DNA of 43,812 bases from Campylobacteraceae bacterium (lineage in GTDB: Bacteria; Campylobacterota; Campylobacteria; Campylobacterales; Sulfurovaceae). Of the stretch, positions 24,555 to 31,910 are shown in pieces (the first letter of the stretch is position 1; each line of letters begins with the position of its first letter). The stretch lies in NCBI GenBank assembly GCA_027022775.1, contig JALVXO010000105.1:1-43812 (forward strand). The letters are read 5' to 3'. Position numbers and translations under genes: made by a program. Under the pieces are notes generated by a model. It was not told the DNA's origin. It worked only from the letters and a program-made list of their open reading frames with translations, and made no database searches.

Positions 24555-26047
24555 GAAGGTTGGTTTTTAGTTTTTGGTTTTTGGTTTTTGGAAAAGCCCC
24601 TCGTTCCCAATCTATAGAAGCTGTGAAAAATGTTAGAAAATTTTACCTCTTTGTCATTCTGAGCGCAGCGAAGAATCTCTTTACTTTCATTATGCTGGGA
24701 TTCTTCGCTGCGCTCAGAATGACAGCGATAGGTAAATTTACAGAAATAATAACTTTTTTTACAGCTTCTCCTTATAAAAAACGCATACTTAAACCTAATA
24801 TATCAAAAAGCGCCGCAATATTAGTTGCACTTACTTTAACCCTAAATGCAAACAGCTGCATTAAATGCCACTCAAATAAAATGCAAGAGTGTAAAAGCAA
24901 TATCCACTTTACACTAAAAAAGGCGATAAACACAACCCGCAAAACATTTGGCATTAAAGATAGCAATATAACTTTGCAAACCCTGCCGCTGCCGCCAAAA
25001 GTGATAAAAGAACCAAAAGATTTGGTTGATGATTTGCTTCGAAGAAAATGTCTGCGCTGCCACTTAACAAGCCAAACGGTCAACCCAACGCAAAACCTCT
25101 GCCTAGCCTGCCACAATCCGCACAAAAACAGAGCCGACAGTTACAAAGCAAAACCGGCTCAGGGCAAATGTTTAAAGTGCCACAACGGTGAATTTATCGG
25201 CAGCGACTATCTGGGCAAATTTCCGCACGATTACGATAAATCTTACCGCAGCCCGTTAGATAAAGAGGGCTTTTACCCCCAAAGCAAAGACGGTATAGAT
25301 TACCACTATTTAGCGCAAGATATCCACCATAAAAAGGGATTAACCTGCACCTCTTGCCACAATAAAAAGATTGCCAAAAACTGGCTAAAGCCAAAATGCA
25401 CTGCCTGCCATAAAAATTTAAGCGCCAAAAACCATAAAAGCTACCACAGCAAAATCTCTTGCACAGCCTGCCATGCGAGCTGGATGGTAAATAGCTACAA
25501 CTTAAACCTGCTTCGCGACGACACACCAAATTACAAGCAGTGGAAACGCCTAACAAAGCAATTTGACCCAAAACTAGAAAGCTTCTTAATTAATGCCCTA
25601 AAATCCAAAACCCCGCCCCCGCCAAAGTCGCTAGATTACCTCGACAATAAGGAAAAATCAGGCATCTGGTATAGCGGCTGGAAATTCAAAAGATGGGAAA
25701 ACTTTTGGCTTGTTAACTCCAAATATGGCAAAATAGAGCTTGCCAAACCGATGTTCCAATACAAAATAAGCTACAAAGATAAAAACGGCACAATGGTGCT
25801 GGATAACATAAGCCAAACAGACGGCAAAAAAATAGAAGCCTTTCTAATAAAACACCCCCACACAATCACAAAAAAACCCAAATCATGCGAGCAGTGCCAC
25901 AATAACCCGATACTCTTTGACAAAACCCTAATAAATAAAAACCTATTCCAAGGCACCCTAATAAACGCCGCACCTCTTACAAAAAAACAACTCAAAAAAA
26001 TGCACTCAAAAAAATACAAACTAGAACGGGCAAAAAATTTTTTTTAG
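24551..26047 (+). CDS. Multihaem c-type cytochrome, 8 CxxCH motifs, paralogous to the upstream gene; start uncertain
   Basis: The haem motifs are CIKCH, CLRCH, CLACH, CLKCH, CTSCH, CTACH, CTACH and CEQCH. ATG 24551 overlaps the upstream stop (ATGA) and follows GGGAG, but the first 65 or so codons then translate repeat DNA. Alternative starts are 24692 and 24719. A Sec-like segment, KKRILKPNISKSAAILVALTLTLNANS, directly precedes haem 1. Confidence 0.75.
   Translation: MRRLVFSFWFLVFGKAPRSQSIEAVKNVRKFYLFVILSAAKNLFTFIMLGFFAALRMTAIGKFTEIITFFTASPYKKRILKPNISKSAAILVALTLTLNANSCIKCHSNKMQECKSNIHFTLKKAINTTRKTFGIKDSNITLQTLPLPPKVIKEPKDLVDDLLRRKCLRCHLTSQTVNPTQNLCLACHNPHKNRADSYKAKPAQGKCLKCHNGEFIGSDYLGKFPHDYDKSYRSPLDKEGFYPQSKDGIDYHYLAQDIHHKKGLTCTSCHNKKIAKNWLKPKCTACHKNLSAKNHKSYHSKISCTACHASWMVNSYNLNLLRDDTPNYKQWKRLTKQFDPKLESFLINALKSKTPPPPKSLDYLDNKEKSGIWYSGWKFKRWENFWLVNSKYGKIELAKPMFQYKISYKDKNGTMVLDNISQTDGKKIEAFLIKHPHTITKKPKSCEQCHNNPILFDKTLINKNLFQGTLINAAPLTKKQLKKMHSKKYKLERAKNFF
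24558..24598. repeat. ttggttttt word array ending in ttggaaaag (R2-related)
   Basis: The sequence is ggttggtttttagtttttggtttttggtttttggaaaagcccc. The ttggaaaag core is shared with the R2 copies. Confidence 0.6.
24617..24768. repeat. R1 nested palindromic element, copy 2 (complete)
   Basis: The inner 25-nt arms gtcattctgagcgcagcgaagaatc / gattcttcgctgcgctcagaatgac (24653-24723) are perfectly complementary. The outer arms are gaagctgtgaaaaa (24617-24630) and tttttttacagcttc (24754-24768). Confidence 0.85.
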
Positions 26048-26050
26048 CCT

Positions 26051-27301
26051 CTAAACTTTATTTATTATCTCTTTTACTGCTATATAGGTTTTTTCTACAG
26101 AGTCAAGTTCTGTAAATTCTCTGGTTGAGTGGGGGTATCGGATGTTTGGGCCTATTGAAGCCATTTGGGTGGAAGGGAGTTTTTGGCTTAAAATTCCGCA
26201 CTCCAATCCGGCGTGGATTACTTTTGTTTTGCACTCTCCAAAAATCTTTTTTAGCGCTTCTTGGACAGTCTGGGTAAACTGGTTTACCTGGGGTTTCCAT
26301 CCTGGATATTTGCCGTAGAGTTTAACGGTGTATTTTTCTTTAAACTGCTCTTGTATTTCTTTGGCTATAGCATCAAGCTTGCTATTATCTAAAGAGCGCA
26401 AACTAACCTCTATTTTTGCCATTTTATCCCCTATGTCTGCCAGTGCCACATTTGCGCTGCTCTCTACTACATCAAACTCTTTATTAAACTCAAGCACCCC
26501 GTTTGGCAATGATAAAATATCCTCTATATCAAAATCTGTAACTTCAAATTCACCACCGATTTCTTTTATTTCAATTCCGTTTTGAGGGGTTAAATTTTGT
26601 GCAAAAACTGTTGCTTTAGCATTTGCCGCAATAGAGTTGATTCTCTCACCCCCTTTAAAACGGACAATTTGGCAACTATTTGCTTTGATATATTTAGCAA
26701 GCTCAATTATTGCATTTGGGATATTTTTATCGATATCAACACCCGAATGGCCGCCTGGCAAATCTGTTATGGATATTTCAAAAAAGCGCCCTTTTTTCTT
26801 TTTGTTTTTAAGTTCTCTCTCAAGCAGCACATCAGTGCCGCCGGCGCATCCTATGTAAACCTCTTTTTCATCTTCGCTGTCAAGATTTAAAAGATAGGGG
26901 CTTTTTATATTCAATTCTAAATTTTTAGCCCCAATTAACCCGACCTCTTCATCATTTGTAAAGAGAAACTCCGCTTCTGCCCCCTCACTCATAAGCTTTA
27001 GCATCATTGCAATTGCAATGCCGTTATCAGCGCCTAGGCTGGAATTTTTCGCTTTTAAGATATTACCCTCAATTACCGGCTCTATTTTGGGCGCATCACC
27101 TACACAAACCATATCATAATGAGCCTGCAGGCAGATTTTGGGATTTTTACTGCTTGCTAAAATATTTTTTGCCCCGTCAATCTGCACCGTATAACCGAAC
27201 CTTTTAATTTTATCAATTAAATATTCTTCCATTTTTTGAGTATTGTGGCTGCATCTGGGGATTTGTGTAATTTCTAAAAAAATATCCAATATAGTGCCCA
27301 T
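26051..27301 (-). CDS. pepD: M20-family aminoacyl-histidine (Xaa-His) dipeptidase
   Basis: 416 aa. Motifs: LQAHYDMVCV, GADNGIAIAM, TNDEEVGLIGA, LNLDSEDE, HAGLECG. Confidence 0.8.
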   Translation of the reverse strand: MGTILDIFLEITQIPRCSHNTQKMEEYLIDKIKRFGYTVQIDGAKNILASSKNPKICLQAHYDMVCVGDAPKIEPVIEGNILKAKNSSLGADNGIAIAMMLKLMSEGAEAEFLFTNDEEVGLIGAKNLELNIKSPYLLNLDSEDEKEVYIGCAGGTDVLLERELKNKKKKGRFFEISITDLPGGHSGVDIDKNIPNAIIELAKYIKANSCQIVRFKGGERINSIAANAKATVFAQNLTPQNGIEIKEIGGEFEVTDFDIEDILSLPNGVLEFNKEFDVVESSANVALADIGDKMAKIEVSLRSLDNSKLDAIAKEIQEQFKEKYTVKLYGKYPGWKPQVNQFTQTVQEALKKIFGECKTKVIHAGLECGILSQKLPSTQMASIGPNIRYPHSTREFTELDSVEKTYIAVKEIINKV

Positions 27302-27355
27302 TATTTTGCCTTTTGAAAAATTTTATATTATAATATCAAAAAAAGGTTTCAAGCG

Positions 27356-27430
27356 ATGAGTTATTATAAAATATTTGGTTTTATTTTTCTGCTTTATTCG
27401 CTCGGATACACCATTTGGAGCAGTTTTTAA
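27356..27430 (+). CDS. Possible 24-aa hydrophobic leader or membrane peptide (MSYYKIFGFIFLLYSLGYTIWSSF)
   Basis: ATG 27356 lies about 15 nt downstream of a predicted TSS (TATAAT at 27329-27334). Its stop overlaps the xpaC-like start (TAATG). There is no homology evidence. Confidence 0.2.
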   Translation: MSYYKIFGFIFLLYSLGYTIWSSF

Positions 27431-28254
27431 TGGCTAAAGCAAAAAAATTAAAAATTTTTAGAAAAAAAGCAAAAGCACCCGGCGCGGTTTTGTTGTACAT
27501 TTTTTTGGTTCCGCTTTTTCTCTCTACTGCAGGTTCCCTTTTTGACGGCGATTATTCCAAATTTGTTTTAAAACTTATAGCTTTTGCTCTGCTTTACATC
27601 TCTGTATATCTAGTAGAGAAGGGGTTAAAACAGGAGTTTGAATATAATCAAAAAAGCATTGCGCTTGCACCTAAAATAAAGTATAAACTTTTAGGCTCTA
27701 TAGGGCTTGGCGTTGCGGTTCTCTTTTTGGGGCTTGTGGTCGATAAAATAGCTCTTTTAAACTCTGTATTTAATGCAATTTTAGCATTTGCCGGCGGAGT
27801 TATATATTACGGATTTGACCCCTCTAGCGATAAAATTCCGCAAGAGAGCGGCGTAAATTACAAGAAACTTATAAAAGATATCCAAGAAGCCCAAAACAAA
27901 CTTTTAAATATAGAGGAAGCAAAAGATAAAATAAGCGATTTGGAGTTAAAAGAGGCAATAGGCGGCGCTTTGCAAAGGGCAGAAAAGATTTTGCAAAATA
28001 TAAAAGAGGACCCCAAAGATATACGGGTTGCAAGGAAATTTATGGTTGTTTACCTAGATGGCATTAAAGATGTGATAAAGCAGTATAATGAGATAGATGA
28101 GCAAATTCTGGATAAAAGTTACAGAACCAGGCTTATTGAATTGCTCGATAAAGCATCTAACCGCTTTGATGAAGAGTTAGAAAGGTTAAAATCCAATGAA
28201 CTTTTCGATCTGGATGTGCAGATAGACACATTAAAAAAGCAGCTTGAGAGTTGA
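27430..28254 (+). CDS. xpaC: XpaC-like membrane protein (5-bromo-4-chloroindolyl phosphate hydrolysis protein family)
   Basis: I place the start at ATG 27430 after GGAG. It has four N-terminal hydrophobic helices and then a coiled-coil C-terminal domain. It lies immediately upstream of a TelA-family gene, as xpaC-yaaN does in Bacillus subtilis. Confidence 0.55.
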   Translation: MAKAKKLKIFRKKAKAPGAVLLYIFLVPLFLSTAGSLFDGDYSKFVLKLIAFALLYISVYLVEKGLKQEFEYNQKSIALAPKIKYKLLGSIGLGVAVLFLGLVVDKIALLNSVFNAILAFAGGVIYYGFDPSSDKIPQESGVNYKKLIKDIQEAQNKLLNIEEAKDKISDLELKEAIGGALQRAEKILQNIKEDPKDIRVARKFMVVYLDGIKDVIKQYNEIDEQILDKSYRTRLIELLDKASNRFDEELERLKSNELFDLDVQIDTLKKQLES

Positions 28255-28393
28255 GGAAGCTAAGAGCTAAGAGATCAGAGCTTAGAGCTAATTGGGCGGC
28301 TTTGCCGCGTTTTATTATTTGCGGCGGAGCCGCTTAAAAAAGGCGAAGCCGCCTTGTTAGCTCTAGGCTCTAAGCTCTTCGCTCTGAGCTTCA
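28255..28393. repeat. 139-bp imperfect palindrome between the xpaC-like and telA-like genes
   Basis: The left arm ggaagctaagagctaagagatcagagcttagagctaa and the right arm ttagctctaggctctaagctcttcgctctgagcttcac are about 80% complementary. The centre carries the mini-hairpins gcggc-ttt-gccgc and gcggc-gga-gccgc plus a weaker ggc-gaa-gcc. Confidence 0.75.
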
Positions 28394-28417
28394 CTAAAGA
28401 AAAGGAGAAAATAGTAA

Positions 28418-29560
28418 ATGGAAGAGAAAGTAAAAGAGATAATAGAGACATCAATAGAGAAAAAAGAGGAGAACCCGCCCGCGGTTATTCCCCAAGAAGA
28501 GGCAAAACTTCAAGAAGCTTTAAGCGAAATAGATATTAACGACAGAAACTCTGTTATATATTTCGGCTCTAAAGCGCAAGAGAAGCTGGATGAAATTTCA
28601 AACAGAATGCTAGAGGGTGTTAAAAATAAAGACACCGGCAAAACCGGAGATTTGTTAAACAGTATGGTTGCAACAATCAGAGGGTTTGATATAGATGAAT
28701 TCAATCCAAACAGGCAGTTAAGCTGGTGGCAAAAACTTTTTGGTTTTACAAAACCGCTTGCGAAATTTATCCAAAAATACGAAGAGGTAAAAGAGCAGAT
28801 TGACACAATCGCCGAAAACCTTGAACGCCACAAAGCCAAGCTGGAAAAAGATGTAGTTTCGCTCGATAAACTTTACGATGCCAACCTGGATTACTTTAGG
28901 CAGCTTGAAATTTACATTCATGCCGGCGAAATGAAACTGCAAGAGCTGGATGAAAAGATTATTCCGCAATATGAAGAGAGAGCAAAAAGCGAAGATATGA
29001 TGGCGGTTCAAGAGCTTAAAGAGATTAGAGGCTTTAGAGACGACCTGGAGCGCAGGGTGCACGATTTAAAACTTTCGCGCCAGGTTGCAATGCAAGCGCT
29101 CCCTAGCATTAGGCTGATTCAGGAAAACGATAAATCTTTAATAAATAAAATCGGTTCAACGCTGGTAAATACAATCCCGCTTTGGCGCAACCAGCTAGCG
29201 CAAACTGTTACTATTTTTAGAAGCCACGAAGCGGCAAAAGCTATTAAAGAGGCAAACGACTTAACAAACGATTTGCTCGAAGCCAATGCAGAAGGTTTAA
29301 GAGAGGCAAATGCCGAAGTGCGCAAGCAGATGGAGCGCGGGGTGTTTGATATAGAGAGTATAAAAAAGGCAAACGAAACACTAATTGCTACGTTAAATGA
29401 CTCTTTAAAAATTACCGAAGAGGGCAAAAAAGCAAGAGCACTTGCCGAAGAGGAGTTAGAAAAAACAGAAAAAGCTTTAAAAGAGGCGCTGATTGCCACA
29501 AAAGCAAAACAGGAAAAGTTGGCAAAAGCTTCATTAGCTGCTGGAGGGACAGACAAATAA
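28418..29560 (+). CDS. telA: TelA/YaaN family toxic-anion-resistance protein
   Basis: 380 aa, all-helical and coiled-coil. The N-terminal block reads IYFGSKAQEKLDEISNRMLEGVKNKDTGKTGDLL. AAGGAG RBS. Confidence 0.8.
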   Translation: MEEKVKEIIETSIEKKEENPPAVIPQEEAKLQEALSEIDINDRNSVIYFGSKAQEKLDEISNRMLEGVKNKDTGKTGDLLNSMVATIRGFDIDEFNPNRQLSWWQKLFGFTKPLAKFIQKYEEVKEQIDTIAENLERHKAKLEKDVVSLDKLYDANLDYFRQLEIYIHAGEMKLQELDEKIIPQYEERAKSEDMMAVQELKEIRGFRDDLERRVHDLKLSRQVAMQALPSIRLIQENDKSLINKIGSTLVNTIPLWRNQLAQTVTIFRSHEAAKAIKEANDLTNDLLEANAEGLREANAEVRKQMERGVFDIESIKKANETLIATLNDSLKITEEGKKARALAEEELEKTEKALKEALIATKAKQEKLAKASLAAGGTDK

Positions 29561-29569
29561 GGAGAAATT

Positions 29570-30634
29570 ATGGGATTGATGGATTGGCTTTTTGGGCAGT
29601 TTATAGATATAATCGAATGGAAAGATAATACACAAGATACTATTCTTTGGCGCTTTCCAAGAGGTGATGACGAAATTAAATATGGCGCAAAGCTGATAGT
29701 GCGTGAATCGCAGATTGCGGTTTTTGTGGATAAAGGGGAGATTGCCGATATTTTAGAGCCCGGAATTTACAAACTAGAGACCGACAACCTGCCTATCTTA
29801 ACCGATTTGCAGCACTGGGACCACGGTTTTAAATCCCCTTTTAAAGCAGAGGTTTACTTTATAAATACTAAACTCTTTTCGCAAAAATGGGGCACAAAAA
29901 ATCCGGTTATTGTACGTGACAGAGAGTTTGACTCTGTGCGGTTAAAAGCGTTTGGAAGTTATGAGTTTAGAGTAAATGACCCTAAAAAGTTTATAAAAGA
30001 GGTGGTCGGCACAGACGGCCATTTTACGGTTGATGAGGTTGATACCCAGCTGACAAACCTGATTCTTTCAAAACTGCCCGAAATTTTGGCAGAGAGCGGA
30101 GAATCGGTGCTCGATATGGCAGCAAGCTATGATAAGTTTGGAGAGTTTTTAAAAGAGAAGCTGCAAGAAGATTTTAACAGTTACGGTTTGAAATTGGAAA
30201 GATTGCTTGTAGAGAATATTTCACTGCCGCAAGAGGTGGAAGAGGCTATAGATAAAAGAGCTGCCAGAAAAGCTGTGGGGGATCTGGATGAGCATATTAA
30301 ATATCAGGGTGCTAAAGCTTTAGGCAGCGGCAAAGGGGCAGGCGAAGCTGCAGCTATTGGTGCAGGCATCGCAATGGGCAATGAGATTGCCAAAAGTTTT
30401 GCTAAATCTAATGAGACTCCGCCGCCGGTGCCGCAAAACAAACCGTTTTACATTGTTAAAGCGGGCAAAGCTGACGGTCCGCACACTCTAGAAGATATAA
30501 AAAATTTAATTGCCAAAGGGCAGCTTGTGGAAAACAGTTATATATGGCAGGAGGGGCTGGATAACTGGGTAAGGGCAAAAGAGTTAATAGGCGAACTGTT
30601 TAAAACCACGCCGCCGCCGGTTCCTAATGTGTAA
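29570..30634 (+). CDS. SPFH/Band-7-like (YdjI / virion-core-protein-like) protein with a C-terminal GYF_2 domain
   Basis: 354 aa. The N-terminal block reads FIDIIEW...ILWRFP...IKYGAKLIVRESQIAVFV. Proline linkers (PPPVP, twice) flank FYIVKAGKADGPHTLEDIKNLIAKGQLVENSYIWQEGLDNWVRAKEL. Confidence 0.7.
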   Translation: MGLMDWLFGQFIDIIEWKDNTQDTILWRFPRGDDEIKYGAKLIVRESQIAVFVDKGEIADILEPGIYKLETDNLPILTDLQHWDHGFKSPFKAEVYFINTKLFSQKWGTKNPVIVRDREFDSVRLKAFGSYEFRVNDPKKFIKEVVGTDGHFTVDEVDTQLTNLILSKLPEILAESGESVLDMAASYDKFGEFLKEKLQEDFNSYGLKLERLLVENISLPQEVEEAIDKRAARKAVGDLDEHIKYQGAKALGSGKGAGEAAAIGAGIAMGNEIAKSFAKSNETPPPVPQNKPFYIVKAGKADGPHTLEDIKNLIAKGQLVENSYIWQEGLDNWVRAKELIGELFKTTPPPVPNV

Positions 30635-31737
30635 TGCAGTTTAGAGCGCTCCCTTTTAAATGCCCAAGCTGCGGCAGTTATATGGTATATCAAATCGGCT
30701 CTTACCATCTGGTGTGCAGCAGCTGCAAAAGCACCAAAGCAATAGATGCACAGGTTTATGTGCGTGCAAAAGAGCCGGTTTTTAGCGAAATTGAACCAAA
30801 CGGCATTTTAAAAACTGTTGATTGCCCAGGCTGCGGCGCAGATATTGAGTTTAAAGAGTTTGAACTCTCAAAAAACTGCCCATACTGCAGCAATCCTCTG
30901 GTTACAAAACCGGTCAACCCAAAACCCCCTTATTCTATTTTGCCTTTTGCAATAGATAAAGAGAGTGCAAGAGAGATTTTTAAAAAGTGGCTCGGCTCTT
31001 TGTGGTTTGCACCCGGCAGTTTAAAAAAGCTGCTCGATTTTGAACATAAATTTAAACCGCTTTATGCGCCATATTTTAGTTTTGATGCCAAAACATTCAC
31101 CCGCTACAGCGGTTACAGGGGTGACGCATATTATGTAGAGGTCGAAAAAGTTGTTTACATAAACGGCAGAGAGCAAGTTGTAAGAGAGTTGGAAAGGCGC
31201 ATAAACTGGACTTATGTAAGCGGAACAACCGGCAGGGATTTTTACGATATTTTAGTAAATGCAAACTCTAAACTGCCGGAAATTCTCCATAGTATAAGAA
31301 GTTACGATTTAAACCGGCTGATGCTTTTTAACCCCTCTTTTTTAAGCGGTTTTGAAAGCTTTGAATATGACAGAGAGCTTAAAAACTGTTACAGCGAAAC
31401 AAAAGAGTATATAAAAAGCGTTGTTTACAGCGATGTTTTATACTCAATCGGCGGCGATGAGCAAAGAGTTGAGAGTATAAGCACCAGTTACTCAAACGAA
31501 GTTTTCGAAACAACCATGCTGCCTGTATGGATTAGCAGCTTTGAACATAAAGGAAAAAGATATGATATCGCAATAAACGGCGTCACAGGCGAAATTACAG
31601 GTGAACGCCCTTACAGTTATATTAAAATATTTGCATTTATTGCAGCAATCTTTTTAATTTTACTTGTCCTAATGTATTATGATGATATCACAAGTGAAGT
31701 TATAGACACCCATTTAAAGGTTGGCCCAATGCCATAA
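30634..31737 (+). CDS. Double zinc-ribbon protein with a C-terminal TM anchor (YdjG-like)
   Basis: 367 aa with a TAATG overlap with the SPFH gene. The ribbons are CPSCGS..x17..CSSCKS and CPGCGA..x14..CPYCSN. The C-terminal helix is IKIFAFIAAIFLILLVLMYY. Confidence 0.6.
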   Translation: MQFRALPFKCPSCGSYMVYQIGSYHLVCSSCKSTKAIDAQVYVRAKEPVFSEIEPNGILKTVDCPGCGADIEFKEFELSKNCPYCSNPLVTKPVNPKPPYSILPFAIDKESAREIFKKWLGSLWFAPGSLKKLLDFEHKFKPLYAPYFSFDAKTFTRYSGYRGDAYYVEVEKVVYINGREQVVRELERRINWTYVSGTTGRDFYDILVNANSKLPEILHSIRSYDLNRLMLFNPSFLSGFESFEYDRELKNCYSETKEYIKSVVYSDVLYSIGGDEQRVESISTSYSNEVFETTMLPVWISSFEHKGKRYDIAINGVTGEITGERPYSYIKIFAFIAAIFLILLVLMYYDDITSEVIDTHLKVGPMP

Positions 31738-31789
31738 CTAAAAAAGCCATTTATTGGGTAAAACTAAAAACCAATAGAGTAAAGCATCT

Positions 31790-31880
31790 TGCCATTCCCG
31801 ACTTGATTAAGAATCTGGGGGATTGGCTAACTGGTTGCTGATTTATTGGTTATTTGAAAAGTTAATTAATTTACAAATAC
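31790..31880. repeat. R2 word-hairpin repeat, copy c (diverged), preceded by the GC motif attcccga...gaatctggggg
   Basis: ctaactggttgctgatttattggttatttgaaaagttaa parallels ttaactggtatattggttattggaaaagtttaa at 138-169. Confidence 0.65.
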
Positions 31881-31910
31881 AAAATTTGGGTTAAAAACAC
31901 CCTTGGGGTA

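Noticed and set aside
24830-24860. A lipoprotein lipobox at LTLNANSC in the second cytochrome
   Set aside because: A-N-S-C does not fit the L-[AS]-[GA]-C consensus. The Cys is also the first Cys of haem motif CIKCH.
29119-29556. A 145-aa minus-strand ORF rich in Ala/Ser
   Set aside because: It is antisense to the Ala/Glu/Lys-rich coiled coil of telA. It has no RBS or start context, and the sense gene is strongly supported.
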